A stretch of 62,441 bases of DNA, the filler included, from Collodictyon triciliatum (lineage: Eukaryota), in the NCBI GenBank assembly GCA_043381765.1. It is 8 parts of 7 records of this genome, joined end to end, with 100 filler letters (N's around TTAATTAATTAA, not from the genome) between each part and the next. Parts side by side here need not be neighbours in the genome. Positions count along the whole stretch, not along the records: positions 10,264 to 20,427 come from JBHJMP010002772.1; positions 20,528 to 30,683 come from JBHJMP010002773.1; 6 more parts are not named here. One strand, written 5' to 3'. A program made the position numbers and the translations under genes. Below, piece after piece: positions 12,753-25,359 of this stretch; the stretch's first letter is position 1, and each line of letters opens with the position of its first letter. The notes under the pieces are model-generated. The model was given only the letters and a program-made list of their open reading frames with translations, did not search any database and was not told the origin of the DNA.

Positions 12753-13839
12753 TGGAGACTACGGGGACTGCTTGGGAAAAAGAACATAGGGCGAGGAGGG
12801 TTCTTGTTAGTGGTCATGGGGTCCAAATGGGCAGACGAAGTATATATGGCAAATGGATGGGGAAATAACAGCCAACCAGCTCCGAGAACAACAGGGAAAG
12901 CCGCAGTGCTACTCCTCGGCCCAGGCCGCGGGGAAAGTCTCCCACCACACACCCTTACCTTTAGGTCCTGTTCCTCAGCCTTGCTCTAGCTTTTCCCCTC
13001 TCGCTCCCTCTTCCTCGGGGACGCAGAGGCAGGAGGGCTGCACTCTGATTCATCCCATCTCTGTGTAGCTCAGGCTCTTTCATACAAGAGGCAAGGAGGC
13101 TTCACTAAGGCCGAGAGGAGAGAGAGAGAGAGGCAGGGGTCGGGAAGCAAGAGCTGTTCAGCTGATTGGGCCTGGGGCTTTGCCCAATCAGAAAGAAAAA
13201 CTTCGTGCGCGCATTCCCTTCCGTCTGAGGAGGCGAGATATGTTGTGGGACAGTTGCCAGAGTTGTGCGGGTGTGGGCAGGAGACTAGTCCGCAGCCACG
13301 ATGCCGAGGACTCGCAGAGACATCATAATGACTTACTCTGCGTTGGTGGGCTTTGTGGAGCGGGAAAGTCGCCGGGAAGCTGATTCACAAGTGTTGGAGA
13401 GGAGTTGTGCTCTCTGCAAGGAAATTATACTGCACACACGGGAGCGGTTTTTAATTATAGGCTGGCCGATTTAAACCAAATGGAATAATGGTTGTGGTCA
13501 AGCCCAAAATGTGATTCTGGTGAGAAATTTAATGCGTAGCTACATATAAGGGTTTAGTGCCTGTTTTTCGGGCTTCGGCTGTCTGCTACATTTCTCTGGA
13601 GACCTGCACCAAACAAGCTTTCCAGCGACTTTGACTATTCAAATATCATAAATGGATGATTCTATTTATATTTTATATATAATAGTTTTATACTGAGCCA
13701 TGAAAGAATTAATACATTATATCTATAGATTCCAGAATTAGAATTTAAGGTCTCTAGTGTCGCAGTCATCTGTTGTACTGGCGGTGCGGGTGGTGCTGAT
13801 TTATGAAACTACGTCCTTGTGTTAGGACGGGGAGAGGGT

Positions 13840-16800
13840 TTAGATACTTGACTGGGTGCACGACCCAATAAAGTCTCGGATCTGCAAAACCTCCTGTGTT
13901 ATTTCTGCTGGAGAAAAGTCTGGGAGTTGGAGCACCTCCGACACGGCACATTGCATCCTGTAGTTGAACCGCTCCCAAGCTGCAATCAAATCCCTCTGAG
14001 TCGCTAATTGGGTCTGGAAATGGACAAGAAACATTTGTATCTCCATGTTCAAAGTTAATAATTGAGGTGCCTGTGTAGATGACAAGTCTCCTGCAGGATT
14101 TGAATCCCTCCCTCCAGTGCGGGGTCGAGGGAGATGGTCGTGTGACTGTGATATAATTTGATGGTATCTGCTTTCAATCTCACGGGCTCGGGATTGGTCA
14201 AGTCGATACTGCATGACCAGCTCTTGGTACTGGTTTTCTAGTGGTTCTTGCTCTTGGCTCAGATGAAGAAGGAACATCAATGCGTTAAGGCGGTTGTTGA
14301 TGTGCTCCCGTCGGTGGTACAGTGAAGCGATCTCATCACTACTCAACCCACTCGATTGCAGTTGAATGACTGGTGGAGCCAACGACATAACCATCATCCA
14401 CTCTCTGTTCAACACTTCAAATTCTGCGAGTGTCATCATTAAAAGCCGAGGAACTCGAGGCATTTGGGAAAGGGGCTGATATGATTTAAGCTCATTCAGG
14501 GTGTGTATGGTGGTCTCCGTAGCCATAAAATGCCGTTCCATGGTCGACAAGGACGATTGTATTGAGGTAATTTCCCGTGAAATATTAGATAAGCCTTGGT
14601 TTTCAAGATTAAATGACCTCTCTGCCGCGTAATCGAATTGACTATGCGTAGAGGAAGGTCCCATAAGTGCTTGATTTTCTCTGTAGTTATCGCCTTGATA
14701 AGGGGTGTTAGGAGTTGTCAAAGACCTCGAATCATGAATTGTATAAATCGGAACTGAAGGTGTTCCATAAAACCCTCTCTCAAAAGAACGTGCCGTCTGA
14801 TGAGCCACCACACCTGGTAGATTCCTTTGGGCTTCATGGGGGTCGAGGAGATGCTCACCTATTGAATGTTCTTCTATGAAAGCTTTAAATGGATCAGTTC
14901 CCTCTTTCGATGTATTCTCGAGGGCAAACCACCACGGAGAATTCGGGTCCAGAGTCAAGTGGGGCGTTAAGTCGAATCTGTCTAATCGTGGAACTGCATC
15001 TGGTGAAACACCGATAAATTCCCCAGCTGCTTTCTTTTGAATGAACGCCCGGATATGAGGAATTACGTCTGCCCAATCAGAATCCATGAATTCATGTGCG
15101 GAGACGGAGTCAAGAAGTGCATTGGATGCAAGAATGGCTTTACTCGTTTGCTTGGGTGTTGGAAGGCGAACAGATGATTCCTTAGTCGGCTCAGGAGGGG
15201 CCCTTGTCGGTGGCCTTGAAGACGGAGATGGAGTTGAGTTAGAATTTGTTACCGCAGATGAGTTTATTGGGATCGCGGTCGTATTTGCAAGGTTCATGGA
15301 TTGTTTGGACTTTGACAACACTGGTAGTGTATCAAAATTCGTTGGCCCTTGTAAATTTACGGTCTTTTTTTTTTTTTTTTTTTTTTTTTTGTAAAAGATA
15401 AATAGTTTAGATAATTTATTATTACATTCTATTTTTTATGAGTTTACAAGAAATTAAAATAAATGTTGAGCACGTTTAGAATGTTTGAACAGTAGTATAT
15501 AAACAGTACTCTGCGCTTTGATCTTTTTAGAGAATCCATTCGGTAAAGATTGATATACTCCACAAGCGAGAATTCGTTTAGATTCTTTTGGAAAATGTCT
15601 GCGGGTTGAACCAGCATCGGAATATGGTAAACCTTTAGGGCGTACTGCATACACATGGTAATCCTCTTTTGTGGGGAAGCTATCTGAAGATTTAGTGCCA
15701 TCGGTTAATTATGGGACTTCTCGATATTTGAATTGAATAAAGAGGGAAAAAAAAACGAGGCATACACATAATCGAATATAGGAGGGAAAAAAAAAACGAC
15801 AAATAAGTCGTAAATACTCCTTAAATGATAAGTCTTACCATATAATCATCAGGGATAAAGTTAGGATCCAAATGAGATAGAAGCTGACAAAATATAATAC
15901 CATCATGGGAACTAGGATAAAAGAAACATGTTTTTTTTTGAATATGAAAAATAAAATAAATGAAGGGTCAAACAGCATAAAAACCAATCCGGTTTTTTTT
16001 TTTAAAAAAGGAGGATAATTCGGTATTATTGTTAAAGAAGCCACAAAGTAGTGTATACCATTCGAGAATTGAAGATGATTTTGCATACAGTTCTTTGAAC
16101 TATTAAATGGTGATAATTAACCATTAGTAAATTGAATTATATTGGATATGGAGCGTGGTATAATGCACATACGCCAGGGAGGATATCAAAGAGCCATTGC
16201 GCAACTTCTTGTCTTAAATCTTCTTCTGACTTTACTGTTTCCCCTACATTTCAAAGGTGAAGTTAGAGATGTTGGTATGTTTTTTTTTTTTTTTAAAAAA
16301 AAGATAAAAGATAAAAGATAAAAGATAAAAGATAAAAGATAAAAAAGATAGAAAAGTAGATAAATAGAGAAAAAAAGAGAAAAAAAGAGAAAAAAAGAGA
16401 AAAAAAGAGAAAAAAAGAGAAAAAAGAGATGAATTATACATTCTGTTCACATCAAGTAATGAGGCTATTCAATATATAAATATCGGGGGCACTTAATGTA
16501 GGGTTTATTTTTACATAAATTAATGATTCAATTATTCTGTAATACCCGCATTAATAAAACTAGGGGTAGACAATTTAATCTGAGCCAAAAATCCCATAAT
16601 CAGCTTCTTGTTCCCATCAGCCACATCTATGAATAATTGTGTTTTTTTTTTGTAGTATCCTTAGCGAAAAGAGAAAAAAAACAACCAACTAAACAACCAA
16701 CTAAACAACCAACTAAACAACCAACTAAACAACCAACTAAACAACCAACTAAACAACCAACTAAACAACCAACTAAACAACCTAACAAATATTCGAACAA

Positions 16801-17322
16801 AGTTTGCAGAGAATGAGTCTTCCGAGATATATATGAAGAGATTCGTTGACATGCTCTGGTCTATGGTTACCTTGCGGTTTCAGTCCACTGCTAGGGAAGC
16901 CCATGTTGGAAAAAGCCTGAATCGCGAGTCTAGCATTATCCACAAACTGAATCTTATTCTTGGGACTCTTGACCCATTTTCCCAACGACTGCCCAGCATA
17001 TTTTTCAGCCAACATGATCATAACAGTTCCATCCTTCAAGTTGGAAGCAAGAGGAGTTGCTAACGATTCAGAAATGGCCGGCAGCATCGAACGGAGCCAG
17101 GCGATCATTTCCTAGCCGATGGGAGGAATACGGGCACCAAATCTCATTAATAATAAATAGCACCAGATGGTTATAGCTAAGGAACTAAATAGCTACTATC
17201 AAGAGCCCCAAGCCCAGTAATAAATAACCCGGAATGCCTACAAGTTCTTGCGGATCCACGTCTTCAGCGACGCCAGCGTCCGAGGTGGCGGTGTCAAGCA
17301 AAACAGTCACTCCTAAATCCAT
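13840..17322 (-). CDS. Multi-exon protein with N-terminal tandem calponin-homology (actin-binding-type) domains and a long Ser/Pro-rich, coiled-coil C-terminal exon
   Basis: CH1 LKDGTVMIMLAEKYAGQSLGKWVKSPKNKIQFVDNARLAIQAF|DVADGNKKLIMGFL; CH2 end YALKVYHIPMLVQPADIFQKNLNEFSLVEYI splices in phase 0 onto exon 15363..13840. Putative ATG at 17322. Confidence 0.75.
16680..16785. repeat. (AACAACCAACTA)n 12-mer intronic tandem repeat
   Basis: Direct repeats inside an intron of the CH-domain gene. Confidence 0.9.
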
Positions 17323-17992
17323 CAGAGTTCTCCAACTTGGCGCCCTTTTTCACCTAGAAGCAACCGACTCCCACTGTGTTAAGTCACGAAGGAAACACGC
17401 TTCTTGTGTCTTAAACACCTTTCTCAGTATCCCAGACTTGTGCTTGTGTTGTGTGTGATTGAATACCCACGCAGATCGAGCAAATGCCACAACCCACGCC
17501 AACGTTGCAAAAAGTGTACAAAGGAATCAGACGGACTTCAATATCCAAATCTGGAAATCATATTTTCGACTTTCCGGCAAACAAAGCGCCCAGTCCTCTA
17601 GGAAAGGCGAGCTGCGAACGCTGGGGGTTGGGCTGGCAGAGCAGGATCTATGGAATAGACAAATGATTCATAAGAAAGAAGAAGAATAATAATAAGAAGA
17701 AAAAAAAGTGAGAGAAACAAAAGATATGTCCCGTTCGAAAGAATACCCCTTTTAGTTCTATACAATAAAGGTTGACTTAAATATAACAAAAGCGAGTCGA
17801 AAGTGTAAAAAATAAAATAAAATAAAAATAAAATAAAATAAAAATAAAATAAAATAAAAATAAAATAAAATAAAAATAAAATAAAATAATAGTAGGAAAC
17901 GTTAAAGTCCACTCTCTGGGCTTCGTTCAAAAAACGCCCCCAACGGATCTAATAAGCACCGGGCCAAGTCCTCCGTAAACTTCTCAGGGCAC

Positions 17993-20325
17993 ATGAATCC
18001 CAATCTGCAGCCCACTGCAATGCCAACAGACGACGAGGTGGAGATCAAACTCGCTCGAACCCTCAAGTCCAGCTGGTCCTCGGCTTTGTTTTCCACAGAG
18101 TGGAATCCAGCAACGATCCAGGCAGCCCTGCGCAGATTCAGTAACTTGGAGACAACAACAAAGATCCAAGTTCTTTTCTCGTTTCTCTCTTGTCGAAAGT
18201 ATATCTTCTCGCAGATATCAAACGACATCCCACGCTTTCTGGATGCTGCGGAACAGGTATCCATTGATATGTTGTATACATAAGAAAGTAATAGTAATAA
18301 AAAAATAAATAAATAAAAAGGGAGCCATTATTTCCATTGATAAAGCTAATACACCGATATAAACATGACAAAGAATTAAAAAAAAAACGTAAAGCAAGGA
18401 ATAAACAATTGCATACGAAAACAAATTTAAAAGCATATCTCATTCAATACGTAGCATATAGTTTTTAAAATGTATAGTTGGACCGTACCCACATCTAACT
18501 TACATGTCAATACTCGGTTCGCTAGGATGAAGATGAATGGGTTCGGACATCGGCCATTCTTCTTCGCAAGGCATATTCCGACAATACCATCCAGACATCA
18601 CAACCAACCATCAGCGCATTCCAAGACACAGCCCAAAAAGCAGTCGAAATCATCAAGCCAGCAGCCCTGTCGCTGTATCCATTGGAGACTCCCTACTTGG
18701 CCACACACTTGCAGCCTAGTGATGTATCATCGTTGGAGATGGCTTCAGAACAGAAACACTTTACACTGCGACCGGTTCCAGCTCATTTAAACATATCAAC
18801 TCAAAGCCCGGCCTTATCAGCAACACCTTTGCCATCGGGACTCACAAACTCACCTCGACCTTCTCACCAGAGTCTAGGTTTTCTTTCACCATTACTCGGC
18901 CCAAATGCTCTTGAGTTGAGCCATCGGCGCGCAATGGAAAAGGTGCAGCCATCACACCCACCATCAGCATACACATCGTCATCTTTCAGCGCAATCGCGA
19001 ACTCTCCTGCCATTAAGATGCAAAGAAATCAGCCGGCTCCTGCGATGCCTAAAAAGCAAGCCATTCCATCCACTCCATCATATTCGCCTAGACCTCAATC
19101 TTCGTCGTTCAACAAGCCCACTCTGCAGATTTTGGATGATGAAGATTTATTGAATCAACAGGAAGAAGAGGACAAGAAAGAGCGTATGCAGTCAACTGTT
19201 TTCATTCATCCGTTATTGAAAGCCTTCGCATTATATGTTTATGATTAGCACGTTATTTCATATTTTCTCGTGGGGTATTGGAGTATGACATGACATATAT
19301 TATGACGCATTATAGTGGAGCGATTTAAAGAAGCCGAGAAGGAGCGCAAGAAAAAAGAGAAGGCAGAGGAACAAGAGAGAAAAAAGAAAGGTAATTGCAG
19401 TAATGTGCTTTTTTTTTTTGCTTCTATTTTCTTTTATCCAAAAAAAAAAAGACTAAATAAAAAGAGACAGCTATCGTTAACACATTCCCATATAAAATTC
19501 AGAACGAGAAGAAATTAAAATAAAGAGAGAGCAAGAAAAAGAACAGCATAGATTAGCTATGGAACAGAAAAGGTTATTCTCCGATGGCCAATTTCTTCTT
19601 TCATTATTTATTACGTTTTGATCTGCTATTGGTATCTTGGAATATTATCAAACGACGATATTAACGACCACAATTGCTTTTAACACAGACTTAACATGGA
19701 ACAGAAGAAAATGGAGAAAGAGGGTAAGTTGTTATGTATTTGTCTTGATACAAATGTTATCTGGATTTAATTTAAACATCCATATTGTATCTGGTTTGAT
19801 TCATTCGCGCTGTGTTTATGTTTTTGTGCTTGTCCGCTCCCTTTCGACCTGGGTATACTACCACAGCCAAAAAGAAAAAAACTGAGGATGTAAAGAAATC
19901 CAATGATGCAAACTCGATGTCAGAGGGCGAAAATGACGAGCATGAACATCTGAGTTCGAATCCAAACGTAGATACAAAACCATCGGTCGAGTCAGGTATA
20001 CATCTAAAACTACTACACTGATATATAAATGTATTATCTTATCAACATCACTTCTAGGTGCTGCGGAAAAGAGCACAAAGCAAATCTCTGATAGCGGTTT
20101 GGCTCATACTGCTGCAACGCAAGTTTGTGTCTTCAATTTTATTTTTCTTACATCAAACGTCAAAATTCCATGGGCCACTATATCGTTGACGTTTTCTTGG
20201 TAGTATATAACCCAAATTTTACAAGATAAAAAATCATAATCAATCATTATGTTACTATCTCCATACTCTCCTAATTTCATAAATATATCAGATTCAGTAC
20301 TCCCTTCCACAAGATTCCACCAGTA
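17993..20325 (+). CDS. NELFA: Negative elongation factor A (NELF-A/WHSC2) homolog, multi-exon, 3' end probably cut by the segment end
   Basis: Exon 1 (17993-18256) and exon 2 (18526-19183) give W...PATIQAALRRFSNLETTTKIQVLFSFL...AEQDEDEWVRTSAILL...YPLETPYL...KHFTLRP. This parallels the NELF-A motifs F..L...VKLKLLL, DSDPWV, PLECQYL and KHFQL. Further charged exons follow. Confidence 0.8.
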
Positions 20326-20331
20326 TGTAAA

Positions 20332-20373
<42 letters not shown>

Positions 20374-20527
20374 CAAAAAATGGGAAGAAAAAAAAAAAAA
20401 AAATTTTTTTTTTTAATTTATTTAATTNNNNNNNNNNNNNNNNNNNNNNNNNNNNNNNNNNNNNNNNNNNNTTAATTAATTAANNNNNNNNNNNNNNNNN
20501 NNNNNNNNNNNNNNNNNNNNNNNNNNN

Positions 20528-20826
20528 CTCTCTCACTCTCTCACTCTCTCACTCTCTCACTCTCTCACTCTCTCACTCTCTCACTCTCTCACTCTCTCAC
20601 TCTCTCACTCTCTCATTCTCTCATTCTCTCATTCTCTCATTCTCTCATTCTCTCATTCTCTCACTCTCTCACTCTCTCACTCTCTCATTCTCTCATTCTC
20701 TCACTCTCTCACTCTCTCATTCTCTCACTCTCTCATTCTCTCATTCTCTCACTCTCTCATTCTCTCATTCTCTCACTCTCTCACTCTCTCACTCTCATTC
20801 TCTCATTCTCTCACTCTCACTCTCTA
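20528..20826. repeat. (CTCTCACT/CTCTCATT)n tandem repeat
   Basis: 8-mer variants repeated directly at the segment start. Confidence 0.95.
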
Positions 20827-23800
20827 AAATAACCATCCATCTGCCATTTTCGCTTTTTAGCAAATGGGGATGAGACTGTGATTAGATTGTATGAAGAGAT
20901 GCAAAGAGTCTTACCAAGAAGAATAAAACAATCTATTAATATTTGGTTCCTTGAAACCGTCCATTAAAATTACGAACAAATAATCTGACAATTCTGAAGA
21001 AAATAAGCACATTTTTTCCTTCATTCCATTCAAAGTGCAACGAGGATTTGCCATACAAGGGGGCGAGATAGGTGCGCATGGGAGAGAGCAAACACGAGTG
21101 GGAGACACTACTGTGGAGATGCTGGCATTGGATAGAAATCAGTGATAGCGAGTTGGTCAGGTGGGCGACCTAACTGGTTGATTGGTTGTGTGGGTAGCAG
21201 ACGTTGAATATTGTGAGATATCTCATGACACATACCACATCCCTCTTTGCTTATTGCTAGATGCAGTCTTAACAACCGTTAAATATTCGTTCGAGCCATA
21301 TGTTCGTGTAATAAAAAATTAAATCTCCTGTATCAAAAAAGACCAATAAATTTTTTTTCTTGTAAATATGATAAAAAGTAAGTGTAGTTAGATGCGTTAA
21401 AATGAATTTAAAAATATTACCGGTGCAGGATATCATTTTATAAAATTGGATTATACGTCAAAGTATAAAATATTATTTGATATCATTTTTCCTCTCACAA
21501 AGTAAAAATTACTTCATTACTCAACGATGAACCACGATGGTCTCTCGTAAATTGTATCTTTGGGTATAGTACACCGCTTCTGCCCACAGATATGCGAATT
21601 TCTTCTATATTACTGATGTCCTATTCCTATATTCTATTCAAGGAATTCTGATTTACTATAACCCCTTATGTACGCGCACATCGCAAGACCCTAGTACAGT
21701 TTACTTCCGAAGCTGAAAAAAATCCTTTATTTAATTAATCATTCAGATTGACATGTACGTAATAAACAGAGAAGGCATCAAGTCAGCAGCTTTCACATAT
21801 CAAATAAAATACCCAGCAATAAATAAAGTAGGAATCATCATCCACTACATGTAGTCTCTTTAACATTTACCCGTCCGTCGCACCAAACACCAAGAACCTA
21901 CAGCAAACAGCACAGGCCAAATCCAAACTTGAAGCTTCACACACTGATGACAGCCCATGCAAGCAGGAGCACATGTATCTTAAACCACAGACACACAACC
22001 ATACGCGGGTTGAGCAAACTTCACTGCTGCTTGTGCATGATTTCAATACCAAATAAACGGTCAAGCTTCAATCCCGTCAATACTTAATAACCCTGAATAG
22101 CCTAGTTTTTTGGCTCAGACACACAGAAAGAAATGCAAGAGAAGAGACCCGGTGTTCCATTAAAAATACGTCTTAAAGTTAAATATTATGTAAAAATTAT
22201 CTCAGATACAGCGACATAAACTCGACAGGACCGATTTTCGAAAAAACAGCCATGTGCGAACTTTAATCAGTCATGCAACCTTATGCGCTCTTTATTCAGT
22301 CTCAGACATGACCAGAATCCGCGCTAAAGCTCTTCTATTTCCAATAAAATAGTCTACGTGTAATAACAATTAATCTCAACTATGCCTCTAATCAATACTC
22401 TTTGATCTTATGTTTCTGCTGTCTTTCTTTCCGGTCAATCAAATTTATACAACTATCGCGCTGAAACTATAAAAAAATCCTATCAATTACATCCAATCCG
22501 ATAATCAGCCATCGATTTCACTTCCATGTATACAGCTTATTTATGCCCTATAATTGATACAAGTTTTACGATTATAATTTTCTCTCTAAAAACCAATTCA
22601 ACATTCCAATAAATCATTTCCTAACTTATATAATGTGCCACTTGTACTTTTCAAAAAATAAATAAATTACAATCTGTGTCTAAAGAACAATCAAATGGCT
22701 ATAGTCTATACATGTTATTTCACATAATATGTGTCTATTCACATCAACTCACATTGATTCACATGTATTTGGATTTATTTGCATTTATTTGCATAATTAT
22801 GTAGTTTCTCATCTTTTATACTCTATCCACATCAATCAGAACGCCAATTGCCATATATTTGCTCTTTATCCCATTGTTTTTTCCCTTTATTCGATTCAAA
22901 GTGTAGCGAGGTTATGCCATACAAAGGGGCGAGATGGGAGCACTTCATTATATTGTTCTCATCTGCCTTCCATGCCATGCACCAGTTTCTCTTGCTTTCT
23001 TATCTTTGCTTCCTTACTTTTGCTTCATCACCTTCTTCGATATGCTGCGCTTCTTCGCTAGTCATCCTTTCTGCCTCCCCCTAACCTCAAATGGTCCTAA
23101 GACATCACCACAACGCCTTGGCCAAAACTGTTCATACGTTTTCTTGAGCCCCTAAATTATATTATTACCAATCTTTGACATGGTAAATTTCTTACTGTTT
23201 CGTCAAAAATGGCCGAGTATAAGTACTAAATATGTTACAAATCAATTGCTATACTATTCGCAAATTATTTACTAAATATTCAATTAAACTAGGAGTATCC
23301 ATTATATCTGTATTGATGCACATGTAAAACATTTCAATGACTTGATTTTGAATTATAAATGAAATGATTGTGCTGGTAAATAAATTAATATTCAAATTTT
23401 ACTGCCTTTTTATTCATTAATAACTATTATATATCACAATTTTAGTATCATTTTAGTATGAAGGATTTATTTTATTCAGATTTCCAAAGATTTTTTTATA
23501 AAACGCAGTTTAGAAATTCTCAATATTATATAGTTTTTATACAAAAAATCAAGGTAAATAGCCAAAATAAAAATTCACTATATTATAATTAAGATTTGGT
23601 TTTTATCAGTTTAACTGGTTTTAGTTCAATGTAAAATTATGATAAGGTTACTGTGACAAAAATTTCATTTAAAGAGATGTTGATTAGAAACCACTATTTT
23701 GAGCATCAATGAGGAAAATTTGATAGTAATTTATATTGATCAGATTAATAAATTCATAACAAAACTGAAACGGTTTGCGAGTCTTTTAACCTATTAGAAA

Positions 23801-25193
23801 TTATATCCAATATTTACACACCATCTTCTACTATATCAATCAGTCTTCAATAAAATTTTACAGAATATTAGGATTTTTTAATTCATCGCTTGGGTCCCTA
23901 TTCTTTACATATATGGTTGTAGTTTATGAGTAAGCATACATATGAAATAATCAATTATACAGAAGACTGAAAGAAAATTCCATAAGTTCCGTTAAATCAT
24001 AATTTTAATTTGCAAAGGAATTTATCTAAATCTATGTTATAAATAAATTATAAGCGCTTTTTTCACTACGATTATCATTTGGTTAAGTCAAGCGAATAAG
24101 GTTTCTTCTTTCATTTAATCTAGTATAAGTTACCTAACAATACCCTTTTGACAAATATGATTGTTTGAAATACTATTTTAGAATTTTATATTAATAAAGA
24201 GAATAGAATTAGTAAATTCAATTATTTAAATATGCGCATTATTAAAGGCAATGATTTATTTTTCATTCTTTTTCAGCAGGGATTAATTGAGATATTAATA
24301 TTTTGTGAATATATGAAGTTATATTTTCATAGATTATCAATTAATGCACTAATTTATCATAGGATAACAATGATTATGTATTGGATACAATGTGAGACTA
24401 TATTTTAAGATTTAATTTTTCTGATATTTATTTGATAAAAATCCATTACCCTATAGATTTTATTAATTATCTTCACTTATATTCTACTTCAATTTCATAT
24501 GATTATCTCAATAGACTTATCATGATTAAGGAGGTAACCAGTCGATAAGTAATCAAGAACTCACATGTCGTTAGCCACTTATTGTTAATTAAATATTCTA
24601 TAATCAGAATATAGCTTTGGATTGATGAAAAACATATTTTATTAATTTTTGATATATATTGTAATTCATTGATCAATCATTATTATAAAAATGAATTTTA
24701 TGTGAATGAAGAGTACTGTGTGGAATATCTGATTAAAAACAAAACTATCAATTATTTCTTTATTTCATCATTTCCTACATAAGAAATACATAAACAAAAT
24801 GAAATCAAATAAGCCGCATGTATTTCCATGATAAGATATTTCATTCGTTATTTGGATGTACGCTCAATTTCTCGATATGCATTGTAGCCTATTTTTATAA
24901 ATATTGAATACTTTCAGAATCTTGTAAATCAATTGAATAATAATTTTTCATCTGTTTTTTGAAATTTAATTATAGGTTTGATACTCTTTTGATTTTAATG
25001 GATATATTTTATTGAGGAAGTGATTTTGTAAAATCATCTTTAATTTCGACTCCTATAATATTTTTGGTCGCTACGTACATGAAACAATATTATTGGTCTC
25101 GGCCCGAATTTTTCGATATTTTCTATCGAAAATTGCATCTTAATTCGTAATGTAATTTGAATTTAAATCAATATTTGTACATAGAACTTGGCT

Positions 25194-25325
25194 AGGCTAC
25201 AGGCCAAATCGCAGGATGCAATTACTGATTATCGACTACTTCTCCGCCACCCGGCCGACAAGTAGTGCCCATACAAACGATGGCTAGCGAACCAAAGCCA
25301 ACATCCCCACGGTCCTGCACAAAAA
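25194..25325 (+). mobile_element. About 130-bp 5'-truncated 3' fragment of the same L1-clade LINE
   Basis: aggctacaggccaaatcgcaggatgcaattactgattatcgactacttctccgccac...aaccaaagccaacatc aligns by eye with about 397..525 and with the reverse complement of 56518..56624. Confidence 0.85.
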
Positions 25326-25359
25326 TTTAAAGGAAGAGGAAAATAAAAAAGAGGGAAAT

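Noticed and set aside
19950-19965. GTTCGAATCC T-loop-like motif suggesting a tRNA
   Set aside because: It lies within a NELF-A exon and I could not fold a cloverleaf around it.
20104-20376. Minus-strand 90-aa ORF
   Set aside because: It overlaps plausible plus-strand NELF-A exons, starts in a homopolymer and has no recognisable motif.
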